DNA of 64,000 nucleotides from an uncultured Oscillospiraceae bacterium (GCA_964615545.1 CAZTNP010000002.1:1064-65063); one strand, 5' to 3'; shown: positions 36,609-48,600, counted from the first letter of the stretch. The notes: generated from the letters alone by a model not told the origin. Translations and numbers: made by a program.

Positions 36609-38436
36609 CGCATTCCACCTCCTGCAGCAATGCATTTGCTCCACAGCCGCTGCACCCATGGCGGCAGTCCGGCGTTATCTTTGCCTCATAAGCGCGATGG
36701 CGCTCACGAAGCAAAAAGCTTTTTGAGACACCCACATCAATGGTATCCCAAGGCAGTATCTCGTCCTCTTCATAGCCACGGGTCGTATAAAATGTTGGAT
36801 CGATACCGCAGGTCTCAAACGCTGCTTTCCAAATATCATAGGAAAAATACTCGTCCCATCCATCCAGGTGCGCGCCGTTTTTTGCAGCCTCTTCGATAAC
36901 AGCACCCAGGCGGCGATCTCCCCGGGCCGTCACAGATTCCAGACGGCTGATATCGGAGGTATGATAGTTATACACGATGGATTTGGAATAAAAATGATCC
37001 TGCAACAGTCTGCAACGGCGAAGGTATTCTTCCGGCTTGATCTGCTTTTCCCATTGAAACGGCGTATGCGGCTTGGGAACAAAATACGCTGTGGCCACAT
37101 GGACGCGCAGACCGCGCTTTTTATTCACAGCGTTTTCCTTCCAGGCCTGAATCACTTTATAAACAAGCTCTGCAATTCCCAGCACATCCTCATCCGTTTC
37201 CGTGGGCAGCCCAAGCATAAAATACAGCTTTACGCTATTCCAGCCGCCGGAAAAGGCATTGGCGCAGGTAGTCAGGATCTCTTCCTCTGTCAGATTTTTA
37301 TTGATCACATTCCGCAAGCGCTGTGTACCGGCCTCCGGTGCAAAGGTCAGGCTGCTTTTCCTGCGTGCCTGCAGCCGCTGCATCAGATCCCGGGAAAAAT
37401 TATCCGCACGGAGCGATGGGACTGAAATATTGATTCGATTCTTCTGACAATAAGGAATCAGCTTGTCCGTCAAATCCTTCAAGCCCTTATAATCTGAAGT
37501 GGAAAGGCTGGATAATGTGATCTCATTGTTTCCCGTATCCCGCATTGTTTCAACAGCCTGTTGGTACAGTACCTCCGGGCTTTTTTTACGAACAGGCCGG
37601 CACGAAAAGCCTGCCTGACAGAAGCGGCAGCCCCGAATACAGCCACGGAACACCTCCAAATTTGCCCTGTCATGGACAATTTCTGTAGAGGGAACAATGA
37701 TTTTTGTTGGAAAATAGGCATGATCTAAATCTTCCACAATGCGTTTACGGACAACCTCCGGGGCATCAGGTGTCGGAATGATGGCCGCAATGGTACCATC
37801 CTCCCGGTAAGTATGCTCATAGAAGGACGGGACATACACGCCATCAATTTTAGAAACCGCAAGCAAAAACCGGTCTTTTGTCCAGCCCTGGCTTTTGGCA
37901 GTATCATAAAGTGTTACAATTTCTTTTGTTATCTCTTCTCCCTCACCCAACGAAAAAAAATCAATAAAATCTGCAAGCGGTTCCGGATTAAAGGCACACA
38001 CGCCACCGGCGAAAACTACATTTTTCAGATCGTGCCGATCTCTGCTGTGGAGCGGAACACCTGCCAAAGAAAGCATATTCAATATATTGGTATAGCACAT
38101 CTCATAGCCGATGGTAAAAGCAATCATATCAAAATCACAGACAGGGTCCTGACTTTCCAGCGCCCAAAGCGGGATATGATTTGCCTTCATTGCCTCTTCC
38201 ATATCTCCCCAGGGAGCAAATACACGCTCGCACCAAACCCCATCCATCTCATTCATAACACCATACAAAATCCGCATACCCAAATTGGACATGCCGATCT
38301 CATAGGTATCCGGAAAACAATAGGCAATCCGAACGCGGATATCCTTTTTGTCCTTTTGGATCTCATTATATTCTCCGCCGGTGTATCGGGCAGGCTTTTG
38401 CACCGTCGGTAAAATTCGGTTAAGATTATTTATCAT
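36601..38436 (-). CDS. TIGR03960 family B12-binding radical SAM protein
   Basis: KPARYTGGE, FPDTYEIGMSNLG, RGCIRGCRFC (CxxxCxxC), FAPEAGTQRLR, PKPHTPFQW. Confidence 0.93.
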   Translation of the reverse strand: MINNLNRILPTVQKPARYTGGEYNEIQKDKKDIRVRIAYCFPDTYEIGMSNLGMRILYGVMNEMDGVWCERVFAPWGDMEEAMKANHIPLWALESQDPVCDFDMIAFTIGYEMCYTNILNMLSLAGVPLHSRDRHDLKNVVFAGGVCAFNPEPLADFIDFFSLGEGEEITKEIVTLYDTAKSQGWTKDRFLLAVSKIDGVYVPSFYEHTYREDGTIAAIIPTPDAPEVVRKRIVEDLDHAYFPTKIIVPSTEIVHDRANLEVFRGCIRGCRFCQAGFSCRPVRKKSPEVLYQQAVETMRDTGNNEITLSSLSTSDYKGLKDLTDKLIPYCQKNRINISVPSLRADNFSRDLMQRLQARRKSSLTFAPEAGTQRLRNVINKNLTEEEILTTCANAFSGGWNSVKLYFMLGLPTETDEDVLGIAELVYKVIQAWKENAVNKKRGLRVHVATAYFVPKPHTPFQWEKQIKPEEYLRRCRLLQDHFYSKSIVYNYHTSDISRLESVTARGDRRLGAVIEEAAKNGAHLDGWDEYFSYDIWKAAFETCGIDPTFYTTRGYEEDEILPWDTIDVGVSKSFLLRERHRAYEAKITPDCRHGCSGCGANALLQEVECDA

Positions 38437-38464
38437 ATGTTCTCCTTATTTCTGTTAGATAAAG

Positions 38465-39031
38465 CTATTGTACTTCCAAGCGATGGCATTTGCAAGGAAT
38501 TATTTTCAGAAAAAATGCTGCAACAACGATGAGTGAAAATCTTCCGAAACGGAAAACGCAAACAATGCCGGCAATCAGCAAAAGCAGCAGCGTAACTATG
38601 CGAATCCATTTCATCACACACATTGCAGCTTCATCCGAAAAGAGCCTGCAAAGCACACCGCGAACAATTTTCTCCCCATCCAGCGGCACAATCGGAAGAA
38701 GGTTATAAAGTGACTGTATCCCTCCACAGAGCGTAGCAGCAGGCCACAGCGGTAAAAGAAATGCAAGCAAAAAACCGCCCACCGGACCCGCCAATGCACA
38801 CAGGGACAGCCGTAGTCCGGACAGATGCTCTGTTTCCATGCGTATCCCGCCAAAGTCCGCCACAATGGCATACACCTTTAAACGAAAAATCCGAAGCATC
38901 ATATAATGGCACGCTTCATGCCACACAGTGGCTGCAATCCATCCCCCAAGCAGTGGAAAAGGAACTAAAAGCAGGCTAATTGCAAGGGAGTAAAAAAATC
39001 CAGGCATAATTCGAAGGGACAGCTTTCTCAT
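38465..39031 (-). CDS. M50 site-2 protease, SpoIVFB-like (short)
   Basis: HEACH, AGP, NLLPIVPLDG; located upstream of TIGR03960 as spoIVFB is in Clostridia. Confidence 0.8.
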   Translation of the reverse strand: MRKLSLRIMPGFFYSLAISLLLVPFPLLGGWIAATVWHEACHYMMLRIFRLKVYAIVADFGGIRMETEHLSGLRLSLCALAGPVGGFLLAFLLPLWPAATLCGGIQSLYNLLPIVPLDGEKIVRGVLCRLFSDEAAMCVMKWIRIVTLLLLLIAGIVCVFRFGRFSLIVVAAFFLKIIPCKCHRLEVQ

Positions 39032-39282
39032 TGGCCATTGATTAAGTGCGGAGACCGGAAAGAGCTATCTACTACCTGCATATATCCTGACAGCGTTTTT
39101 TCGCGGAAGAAGTGATATCCTTGCCCATGCAAATAATATCCAAGTGTAAGACCAATTAACGAAAACACCACAGCGGATGCAAATAAAATCGCAGTTAATC
39201 GAATAAAACCAATATTGGAGGCGATTTCCCGAAATTCTGTACGCCTTATTCTGGTATGATCATATTCTATCCTGTATCCCAC
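39028..39282 (-). CDS. Small single-TM hypothetical protein
   Basis: GGAGG RBS before GTG 39282; one hydrophobic helix; ATGA overlap with the downstream gene. Confidence 0.55.
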   Translation of the reverse strand: MGYRIEYDHTRIRRTEFREIASNIGFIRLTAILFASAVVFSLIGLTLGYYLHGQGYHFFREKTLSGYMQVVDSSFRSPHLINGQ

Positions 39283-39332
39283 GGCAGACACCTCCGGAAA
39301 AACCTTATGCAGCCGGTGTACCGGTTATTCTG

Positions 39333-40157
39333 TCAATTCGCCATTTGAAGAGCTTTCAGGATCTCACCGGCATCTTGCAAAACAAAATGCGGCTTATCTT
39401 TACTTTCTGCAAGGATCTCAGGCGTTGTTTCCCCGGACATAACCAAAATGCTGGTAATGTCCGCGTTTAAACCGCTTTTAATATCGGTATAAATCCGGTC
39501 ACCCACCACACAGGTTTCACTCTTGCCGATACCCAGTCGTTCCATAGCCAGCTCCGGCATAAGCGGAGATGGCTTTCCAATGACTACAGGCCGACATCCT
39601 GTTGCGTGATCGATCATTTGGCACACACTGCCGCAATCCGGAACGCTGCCAAATTCCGTTGGGCATACCAGATCCGGATTGGTCGCAATATAAGGAATTT
39701 CCGGTCGCGTAGAAAGCAAATAGGAGACATTATACAGCTTCTGAAAAGTCAGCTCTGTATCAAATCCCATCACAATGCATTCCGCCTGAGAAATATCCTC
39801 ACACACTGCAAAGCCTTCATTTTGAAGTTCCTTTTGAAGGGACTGTGTCCCACATACATACAAAGACTTTCCCGGATGAGTCTTTTTCAGATAATAGGCA
39901 GTTGCCTGCGATGAAGTAATAAAATCATCCCGATTTGCACATATTCCCATTTTACCCAGCTTAGTGATATAATCATCCACACTTTTGGAGGAATTGTTGG
40001 TCATAAAAAGGTATCGCTTTCCGGCTTTACGAATTGCCGCAAGCAGCTGTGCTGTAAAGCTGTATAGCCGATCACCTATATAAAGTGTCCCATCCATATC
40101 AAACAGGAAAAGCTTGATCGCCCCAATTTGTCTGTATTGCTCCATATCCATAAGCAT
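39333..40157 (-). CDS. HAD-IIA hydrolase (NagD-like)
   Basis: FDMDGT, TNNS, ATNPD, GKP, VGDR..TDI..G, V.SG. Confidence 0.92.
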   Translation of the reverse strand: MLMDMEQYRQIGAIKLFLFDMDGTLYIGDRLYSFTAQLLAAIRKAGKRYLFMTNNSSKSVDDYITKLGKMGICANRDDFITSSQATAYYLKKTHPGKSLYVCGTQSLQKELQNEGFAVCEDISQAECIVMGFDTELTFQKLYNVSYLLSTRPEIPYIATNPDLVCPTEFGSVPDCGSVCQMIDHATGCRPVVIGKPSPLMPELAMERLGIGKSETCVVGDRIYTDIKSGLNADITSILVMSGETTPEILAESKDKPHFVLQDAGEILKALQMAN

Positions 40158-40167
40158 TTTTCCTCTT

Positions 40168-42132
40168 TCAGTTTTCTCCACGCAGTTCGATGATTTGATC
40201 CCGAAGAATTGCCGCATATTCATATTCCATCATTCTGGCGGCTTCCTTCATTTGCTTCTCCAAACGGGCAATCTCCTTTTCTTTTTCAACCTTGGTCATC
40301 TTTACACCGGTTCTTCCCTTTCTCTCTGCTGTGGGAGAGGATATCTCTATCAAATCACGAATGGATTTTTGAATTGTTTTTGGAACAATGCCCTGGGCTT
40401 CATTGTAGGCGGACTGTATTTCTCTGCGTCTGGCCGTCTCGTCAATTGCTGCCCGCATAGAATTTGTTATCTGATCGGCATACATAATCACACAGCCATC
40501 CGCATTTCTTGCTGCTCTGCCTATTGTCTGTATCAGACTGGTTTCCGAACGAAGAAAGCCCTCTTTATCCGCATCCAAAATCGCAACGAGGCTGACTTCA
40601 GGGAGATCCAACCCCTCTCTAAGCAGGTTGATGCCCACCAATACATCAAATTTTGCCATACGAAAATCCCGAATGATCTCCATACGCTCCATAGCACCAA
40701 TATCGGAATGCATATATCTTACACGAATATCCACATTTTGCAGATAAACCGTCAGATCCTCAGCCATTTTCTTGGTCAGCGTTGTAACCAGCACTCTTTC
40801 CTGCCGTGCGGAACGCATTTTGATCTCGCTGATCAAATCATCAATTTGCCCCTCAATTGGTTTGACAACCACCAGCGGATCCAGCAAGCCTGTGGGACGG
40901 ATCACCTGTTCCACCGTCTGTTGCGATCTTTCCTTTTCGTGGTCTGCAGGTGTTGCGGAGACATAGATAACCTGATTAAGCTTTTTTTCAAATTCAGAAA
41001 AAGTCAATGGCCGGTTATCATAAGCAGACGGCAAGCGGAAGCCATAATTTACAAGTGCATCCTTTCGGCTCCGGTCACCTGCGTACATAGCACGACACTG
41101 AGGGATGGTAACGTGGCTTTCGTCAATAAAGAGCAGAAAGTCATCAGGAAAATAATCCAAAAGTGTTGTGGGAGGGGTTCCGGGAGCACGCCCCTGAATC
41201 ACACGGGAATAGTTTTCTATCCCTGTGCAGAAACCGATCTCCGTCAACATTTCCAAATCATAATTGATACGCTGCGCAATACGCTGGGCTTCAATCAGTT
41301 TATCCTGTGAACGAAAAAATGTGACCTGCTCATCGCATTCCCTGCGTATTTCCTGCATTGCTTTTTCCATTTTCTCTTTGGAAGCTACATAATGGCTGGC
41401 AGGATAAATAGCGACGTGCTCCAAATATCGCTCCACCATGCCGGAAACCGCGTTTATTTCAGCAATTCTGTCTACTTCATCACCAAAGAACTCCACACGA
41501 ATTGCCTTTCCAGACCAATATGCCGGATAAACCTCCACTGTATCTCCACGAACACGGAATTTGTTTCTCGAAAAATCTATATCATTGCGTTCGTAACGGA
41601 TTTCAGTCAGCTTGCAAAGCACATCGTCCATCGGGTATTCCTGCCCAACTCGAAGTGAGATCACCATGCTGCGATAATCAATCGGATCCCCCAAACCATA
41701 AAGACAGCTTACAGAAGAAACAACGATCACATCTCTCCGCTCAAAAAGTGCAGAGGTTGCAGAATGGCGAAGACGGTCAATTTCTTCATTCACAGCGGAA
41801 TCCTTTTCAATATAGGTATCCGTGTGCGCAATATACGCCTCCGGCTGATAATAGTCGTAATAGGATACAAAATATTCCACAGCATTATTCGGAAAAAACT
41901 CGCGGAATTCAGAGCAAAGCTGGGCAGCCAAAGTTTTATTGTGGGCAAGCACAAGGGTCGGACGATTGACATTGGCAATGATATTTGCCATAGTGAATGT
42001 CTTACCGGAGCCGGTTACGCCAAGCAGAACCTGCTCCTTCAGCCCTTTTTCCACGCCACCTGTCAGCTTTCTAATTGCCTCCGGCTGATCCCCGGTTGGA
42101 ACATACGGAGAAACCAATTCAAATCTGTCCAC
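40168..42132 (-). CDS. uvrB: Excinuclease ABC subunit B
   Basis: [48 protein letters not shown]-terminal UVR domain. Confidence 0.98.
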   Translation of the reverse strand: MDRFELVSPYVPTGDQPEAIRKLTGGVEKGLKEQVLLGVTGSGKTFTMANIIANVNRPTLVLAHNKTLAAQLCSEFREFFPNNAVEYFVSYYDYYQPEAYIAHTDTYIEKDSAVNEEIDRLRHSATSALFERRDVIVVSSVSCLYGLGDPIDYRSMVISLRVGQEYPMDDVLCKLTEIRYERNDIDFSRNKFRVRGDTVEVYPAYWSGKAIRVEFFGDEVDRIAEINAVSGMVERYLEHVAIYPASHYVASKEKMEKAMQEIRRECDEQVTFFRSQDKLIEAQRIAQRINYDLEMLTEIGFCTGIENYSRVIQGRAPGTPPTTLLDYFPDDFLLFIDESHVTIPQCRAMYAGDRSRKDALVNYGFRLPSAYDNRPLTFSEFEKKLNQVIYVSATPADHEKERSQQTVEQVIRPTGLLDPLVVVKPIEGQIDDLISEIKMRSARQERVLVTTLTKKMAEDLTVYLQNVDIRVRYMHSDIGAMERMEIIRDFRMAKFDVLVGINLLREGLDLPEVSLVAILDADKEGFLRSETSLIQTIGRAARNADGCVIMYADQITNSMRAAIDETARRREIQSAYNEAQGIVPKTIQKSIRDLIEISSPTAERKGRTGVKMTKVEKEKEIARLEKQMKEAARMMEYEYAAILRDQIIELRGEN

Positions 42133-42189
42133 AGTACCCCTCCTTCAAACGACCTTGGTTTATTATATCACATTTTTAGAATAAAGAAA

Positions 42190-42220
42190 GAGGAAGACAG
42201 CATTTTTACTGCCTTCCTCT
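42190..42220 (-). terminator. Terminator closing the glycan utilisation locus
   Basis: gaggaag.cag...ctg.cttcctc with a downstream TTTCTTT on the minus strand. Confidence 0.6.
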
Positions 42221-42230
42221 TCATATTTCC

Positions 42231-43397
42231 TTATGAAAGCTTCATAAGCTTCATTTCGCCGGGTGCAAGCCAAAAGGTTTCCTTGTTTCCATTTTGGAAG
42301 GTCAGCTTGATCTGATTGGCAAGGCGCTGATGGGCATTCACCACGGACATCCAGCGTTGCTCCCCTTCCGTCTCCCGATAATAGGAAATAATGGTGGGAT
42401 AGGAGAACTTACCGTTCACATCCAGCAAAACATCATCTGCGCAGAACCGTTTGCGGGGATCGTAGATGTGACCTATATGGTAAACGGCCGTCAACTCCAA
42501 ACGATCAAAAACATCCCGATAGAAGCAGTCGAAAATATACTGCTGACGAGAGATCATGTCAAATACCGGTGTTCTGACCCGGTCAGGGCCGCAAAGGGGC
42601 ATATTGACAAAGCTACTGCCTGCGCCGTACTGATACAGATGGAACCAGAGAATGCCCCGGGCACCGTGTGCCAAAGCCGTATAGATCTGCCAGCGGATAT
42701 CATCCTCCGTAGGGGTGCGAAATGCCCAATGGCCGCAGGCGAGCAATGTGGGGTAGAAGGGAATGCCGTGCTTTTGGGAAAGCTCCCAATATTTATCCAA
42801 CACAAGGAAATAGCTGTTGATGCCCACCTGCTGATTATGTGCTTCATTTAAGCACTGGGTATACTGGTCATAGCCCAGCAGAGGCACCTGAGACTGCTGT
42901 AAGTATTCGTCCACCAGTCTGGTATGCTCCTCCTCCGGTGCGCCGACAAGCATATCATAGTCTGAGCCGCCGCCCCAATAAGGCACCAAATTCCCAAAGG
43001 GTATCAGGCCGGGCGCATTTTCCATAATAAGCTGAACGGTGCGGATATAAAGGTCATTTTGATCCGGCCGGGGTTCGTCACCGACAAAAAAGCCAAAGGT
43101 CGCCGGATGGGTGCCAAAGTCCTCATAGGCCTTGCGAACGCCCTGCGCAAAAGCCGCCTCCCCTACCCGATCCAGTGTGCGGAAACGGGTCCGTTTGTCA
43201 CGAATGATCAGCTTCATATTTCGCTTTTCACATTCGTCCAAAATATCCAGCATTTGGCACTTATCATGGCGCGTGTGGTCAAAATCAAAGCTCATAGGCA
43301 GATTGCAATGCAGATCCTGCCAATCCTGCACGGCCTCCTTGCCAAAAACGCCGCTTTCGATATAGTTCCAAAAACCGAATTTTATCTGTCTTGTCAT
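42231..43397 (-). CDS. Cytoplasmic unclassified glycoside hydrolase-like TIM-barrel protein
   Basis: HPATFGFFVGDEP, GNL, YDQY, DIRWQIYTALAHGARGILWF; homologous to the 56576-58045 product; no signal peptide. Confidence 0.7.
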   Translation of the reverse strand: MTRQIKFGFWNYIESGVFGKEAVQDWQDLHCNLPMSFDFDHTRHDKCQMLDILDECEKRNMKLIIRDKRTRFRTLDRVGEAAFAQGVRKAYEDFGTHPATFGFFVGDEPRPDQNDLYIRTVQLIMENAPGLIPFGNLVPYWGGGSDYDMLVGAPEEEHTRLVDEYLQQSQVPLLGYDQYTQCLNEAHNQQVGINSYFLVLDKYWELSQKHGIPFYPTLLACGHWAFRTPTEDDIRWQIYTALAHGARGILWFHLYQYGAGSSFVNMPLCGPDRVRTPVFDMISRQQYIFDCFYRDVFDRLELTAVYHIGHIYDPRKRFCADDVLLDVNGKFSYPTIISYYRETEGEQRWMSVVNAHQRLANQIKLTFQNGNKETFWLAPGEMKLMKLS

Positions 43398-45613
43398 AAG
43401 ATCTCCCCCTCAGTAAGCGTGGTAATGCCCACAGGCAGGTCCAGGGTGAAATAGCCGTCCTGTGCCTGCACCTTCTCTGTTATATCTGCATAATGAGTCA
43501 AAATGGAGGCAGCTTCAAATGTGTTTTTCAGCACAAGGATGGTCGGCTTTTGCACTTGCAGTGTGACCTGCCGCAGAAAGCCCTTTTCTGCCACTGCGCT
43601 CACCAGTACACCGCTGTAACTGCGAAGCTTTTCAATGGAAATTTTCCGGCTGTTCCACGCCTTTGGAATGGCAGGGAAAAGATGTAGATAGCCCTGATGC
43701 TCCTGAAGGAGCATTTCCTGCAAAGCATCGCAGAAGCCGAACAGGCTTTCCAGCGTGAACGGGCGGTAGTGGAAGGTGGAATAACCCTTCTTTTGAAAGT
43801 CGCCGTTGAGATGAAATCCGTTGTCCGCCACAAAGCCGTCGGCAAACTGGCGGAGCTTTTCATATGCGGCATTGCCCTGGTAGGCCATGGCATAGATCTG
43901 CGCACACATGGCATAGGAAAAACCGACCCACATGCCCATGCCAAGCATTTCGATCTCCTCAAGTGCATTGTGATAAAGCGCCCGATCTTCTGCTGTATCA
44001 TAATGGATCAGGTGCAACGGATACAGGCACATCAAATGGGAAAAATGCCGATGGGACTGGGGTAACCGCATTTGCCTGTTAAGCCCGATATAGCCGTCCA
44101 CAATGCCAATGGAGTCCAGCTTAGACAGCACCTTTTCGTAAGGCGCAGGATCTTTGTGCAGTGTCTCACAGTAGGCGATCAGGCGGCTGTATAAATACCG
44201 CATAAGGGCCAGATCAAAATTGGAATTGGGCTCCAGGTAGGCTTCCTGCGTAGCATCGAATATCTCCGGCGATGTGGAAAGGGGCAAATAGAGCTTGCCG
44301 TCTTTTTCCTGCAAAAGGCCAGTGATCGCCGTGGCGATACCGTCTAAAAACGGAAAGGCACGATGCTCCAAAAATTCCCGATTGCCGGTGTAGAGATAGT
44401 ATTCGTCGAAGCTTTGGGCTGTCCAAATGCTCATGGTCGGAGAAAGGGCGTATTGTGACCAGCCGCCCATCGGCTTACCGTCGATCGTCGACACGCCGGG
44501 GATCAGCAATCCATCTACGCCAAAGAAATCCCTGGCGACCTTTTCATAGGCCGGCTTTTGCTCCCACAGATAATCCAGGAAGCACTCCCCTTCCTCCAGA
44601 CGGTTGGCCTTGAGATAGGCCTGATAGGAAAGCTGGGTATTGGTATCATGGTGATAGTCACCGCGCCACGGCGGCAGACAATCGTTATCTGCGGTCCACA
44701 CCCCCTGCAATGGCATAGGATAGGAGCCCTTACGGCTACAGGAGGCAAACAGATACCAGGAACGGTAGTAAGTTTTTTCCAATAGCTCATCACCAATGGA
44801 TATTTGGGATTTTTGCCAGTATGTCTCCCACCATGCAGTATGTTCCTGCTTCAGCTCTCGGTAACCGATCGTGGCCGCCTCCGAAAGCAGTGCTTTGGCA
44901 TGCGCCACGAAATCGGCGTGATCCCGGTTTGTCTGTACGGTGAAGTAAAGCTCCGTGCAGGTGGGCTTTTTTACGGTGTAAACAAAAACGCCATAGGAAA
45001 GATCCGTATGTGTCTTTTGGACATAATAGATAAAACCGTCCTCGGAAATGAAATCGGCCGCAGGATATCCCATGGACATCTGCACCGTCAGATCACTTTC
45101 CCTGCTTTGCTTTGGTACGGAAGAAATATAGTCTGGAATGTGCAGAGCGAATGCAAACTCTCCCTTTACCCTTGCCACTCCCAAAAACCGCGTGGCGTGG
45201 ACAAAGGCCTCTATGCTTTCTTCACCGGCGGAAACCGTTCCGATAGCCTTCTGAATGTCCACTTTTGCACTGTAGTCTTTCATTTCTTTTGCAAAGGAGA
45301 GCTCTATTCTGCCTGCGGTGATTTTGGACGGATAGGGGTATTCTCCGTAAATACGCTCAAAGAGCCTGTCCCTTTCCTGCCAATCCTCCTGCTTGCCGCT
45401 TTGAGATAGCTTGACAAGATTTTTATAGCAGAAGCCATCCTCCTGAGTAGCCGGATGGGGCCTGGTATCCCAAAGATCCACACGATCTACGGATAAACGG
45501 ATGGGACTGTCTCCATAAAGGAGACAGCCCATCCTTCCATTCCCCAACGGCAGTCCCTCATCCCAAGATGTAATGGGGTGGGAATACTGAATGTTATACC
45601 GTTGTAGGTTCAT
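43394..45613 (-). CDS. GH95-like (alpha-L-fucosidase/alpha-L-galactosidase family) glycosidase
   Basis: W.EGLPLGNG.MG, PLQGVW, PPW.GDYH, STSPE, HRHFSHL, QEMLLQ, LFPAIP.AW. Confidence 0.88.
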   Translation of the reverse strand: MNLQRYNIQYSHPITSWDEGLPLGNGRMGCLLYGDSPIRLSVDRVDLWDTRPHPATQEDGFCYKNLVKLSQSGKQEDWQERDRLFERIYGEYPYPSKITAGRIELSFAKEMKDYSAKVDIQKAIGTVSAGEESIEAFVHATRFLGVARVKGEFAFALHIPDYISSVPKQSRESDLTVQMSMGYPAADFISEDGFIYYVQKTHTDLSYGVFVYTVKKPTCTELYFTVQTNRDHADFVAHAKALLSEAATIGYRELKQEHTAWWETYWQKSQISIGDELLEKTYYRSWYLFASCSRKGSYPMPLQGVWTADNDCLPPWRGDYHHDTNTQLSYQAYLKANRLEEGECFLDYLWEQKPAYEKVARDFFGVDGLLIPGVSTIDGKPMGGWSQYALSPTMSIWTAQSFDEYYLYTGNREFLEHRAFPFLDGIATAITGLLQEKDGKLYLPLSTSPEIFDATQEAYLEPNSNFDLALMRYLYSRLIAYCETLHKDPAPYEKVLSKLDSIGIVDGYIGLNRQMRLPQSHRHFSHLMCLYPLHLIHYDTAEDRALYHNALEEIEMLGMGMWVGFSYAMCAQIYAMAYQGNAAYEKLRQFADGFVADNGFHLNGDFQKKGYSTFHYRPFTLESLFGFCDALQEMLLQEHQGYLHLFPAIPKAWNSRKISIEKLRSYSGVLVSAVAEKGFLRQVTLQVQKPTILVLKNTFEAASILTHYADITEKVQAQDGYFTLDLPVGITTLTEGEIL

Positions 45614-45631
45614 AATGATAGTCCTATATGA

Positions 45632-48600
45632 TTATTTAATGGGAATGATGAAGATACCTTCGCCGGGTTCGATGCCAGAGATCGTGCACTGGGTGTCGTC
45701 GAGCCTTGTGATGGTCGGCTCACCATTGCGATAAATTGCAACAGCGGATGCGCCGCTCATGGTCAGAACGACAGTACGGCTTTGGGCATTCGGATCCGAC
45801 TCAGCATTTACCAGCATAAAAGCATTATTTCTGCTATCGCTGACACTTTCGTTGCCTTCAAAGATACCGACCAGGAAAGCGCCACCTCCCTCGACCTTGA
45901 ATGCATCGTGCGTTGTCACAGCACCGGTCAGGTTTTTCAGCATCACATTGGAGTTACCCTCATCCACCTTCATAACGCCGCTCCAGATATACTGATCGTA
46001 GATCTCTTCGAATGTATGGACATTGGTGTTGATCTCCTTTGCCCAGCTATACAGATCGTCGGAATAGGTCTGGTCGTTATAGTTATGAATGTACTTGTAA
46101 CCGCTCTCGCCATTACCGCTGTACTGGTAGTAGATAAATTCCTTAACGCCGAATGCCAGGCCGGAGTTGATCTGGAAATTCAGCTCAGACTTGCCGTTCA
46201 GGTCGCGAACGCCTACCGAGTCACCGGAGGTCTGCACGATCACGCGCAGTTCCCGATCGTTCTCCTTAGCCTTATTGGCCATCAGCTCATAGCTGTAAAG
46301 ATACTTCTGTGTGCGCAGTGTCTGCTCATCTGTAAGACCGGATTTATCCTGCAGGAAGGGGTAATAGTCCCAGCAAATGTAATCCAGGTATCCGTTTGTC
46401 TGATTCAAATACTCGTTCAGATATTTCTCATAGGTAAAATCTCCGAACCATTGGTTCCATTTGTTTTCTGCGCCAAGCTGAGGCGAATTTTTGTTGATAT
46501 AAGGCGGCAGAAGATTGACAAACAGTTCCTGTGTCAGGCCGGACTCGCTGTAAGCCTTGGCCATCAGGCCGACCTTCTCCAGATCCGAATAGTAAGGCTC
46601 ATCAAAGCCAAAGTGTCCGGCATAACCGGCGTTATCACCGTAGCCGTATTCACTGTTCAGAATGGTATCCTTAATAATGCTCTGGAAAAGTGTGTTATCA
46701 ATGCCCGCATTCTTGGCCGCCGTTGCGCTGAAGCCGTATTTATCGGTCTGAGAGCCGCCCATGCCGTACAGTGTCCAATCCTTCACATAGTAGGTAATAC
46801 CGTACCGCTGTGCGATCCGCATAACGGTCTTTGCGATCTCGGCCGTCTTTGCGCTATATTCTGCGATCAAAGTCTTTGCCGACTCCGCATCCGTTGCGCC
46901 GGCCGCACTTCCGGCGTAGCCCTCATAAAGGGCGATCGCCTTGTTAAAGCCGGCCTCTGCGAGCTTGCTGTAAGCAACGATCAAATCGCTGTCATTGGTA
47001 ATTTTCAGGTCCGTCGTAGGTGCCGCATAGGCGGTAAACCGGATCTTCGCCGCATCGTCGATGCGATAGCCGGAGATCTGCTTTACAGACACCAAATTGC
47101 TGCAGGAGAAGATGGTATCGGTAAGCGGACGATTGAAGTTTTCCTCTGCCAAAACCTTACCATCAGCATCGGTGACCCTGAAGTTATCCACCTGCAACAC
47201 ATTTTCGCCCCATTCGCCGGCGCCCACAATATAAACATGGTACGGGCCACCGTCTGTGGGGAGGGACAGGGTGTAATTGCTCCAAATGCCGTCAATATAT
47301 TTGATGTCAACACCGTTACCGCTTGAATGGGCATAGCGTGAATCCTCAGTGTTCACCAGATCCGCGCTTGTGGTCCAGTCAACAGCCCACCAATTGGCAT
47401 CCTCGGGAACATACGCATCGAAAGACACCGTGCTACCGGCGGGATAGGCAGATTTTGTGATAAAGCCCAATCCGTTGGGGATCTTTCCCAGGGAAAGCTG
47501 AGCGGCATAATTGTAGGTTCTCAGTTTGATCGCCGTATTGCCACTCTTATCTGTTTCCTTGAGTGCAAAAATAGTATTGTCCAAGCCCTGTTCAAAATCT
47601 TCTTTAACCTCTGTACCATTCTTCTGCTTAATCATCACATTATCAATTTGAACGGCAAGCGTTTCTTCATTTTTAATTCCCCATTCGCCCTTTGCTCCAA
47701 CAAAGTAGACATAATAGTTTTGTCCGTCGTCGGGGAGTGTTACAGAATATTTTGCCCACTCGTTAACCTTGGATTGCATCTGTGCGCCTGAAGGATTAGT
47801 ACCAGTCCACTTATAAAGATCAACATCATTCAAATCCGTTGTCCAACACACAGCCCACCAAGGAGCGCTTTCACCTTCTGCCACAGTGACCTCAGGTACA
47901 TAAGCATCGAATTCGATCGTACTACCGCCGGGATATGCTTCTGCTGTGATCAGGTTCATGCCGTCACCGGCGTTGTCATTGATATAATCAATGTACAGCT
48001 CGATCACATTGCCCATCCGATCCGTAGTACCGCCGATCGTGTGATCCGATACGGCTGTACCGGCACTGAACAGGCCGGCAGATACGCCTTTTTCAAAATC
48101 ATCGGTATACTGGGTGCCGTCCGGTGCGGTAATGACCACATCATCCAGGAGCAATTCATTGCCATTCCACTCACCCTTTGCACCGACAAAGTACACATAG
48201 TAGGAATTGCTGTCACTGGGAAGTGTAACAGAATAGTTTGCCCACTCGTCAACCTTGGATTGCATCTGTGCGCCCGAAGGATTGGCACCAGTCCACTTAT
48301 ATAGATCAACATCCTTCAAATCCGTTGTCCAGCACACAGCCCACCAAGCGGTGTCTGAGGGTACAAACGCCTTGAAGCTCACCGTACTGCCGCCGGGATA
48401 AGCAGCCTTTGTGATAAAGCTCATAGGACTGTTTTCATTTAGTATGTCGATCTTGATAGCGGCCACATTGCCGGAAATGGGCTTCACGGTGCCGAGCCAG
48501 CTATAGGAGGCCGATTCATCGTCAGCGCTCACTGTAGCCGTCAGAACATAACTGGCGCTTTCACTGCCAGAAGTCAAAATCAGCTTGCCGTCGACGATCT

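Noticed and set aside
42133-42230. LexA (GAAC-N4-GTTC) box upstream of uvrB
   Set aside because: Searched for and not found.
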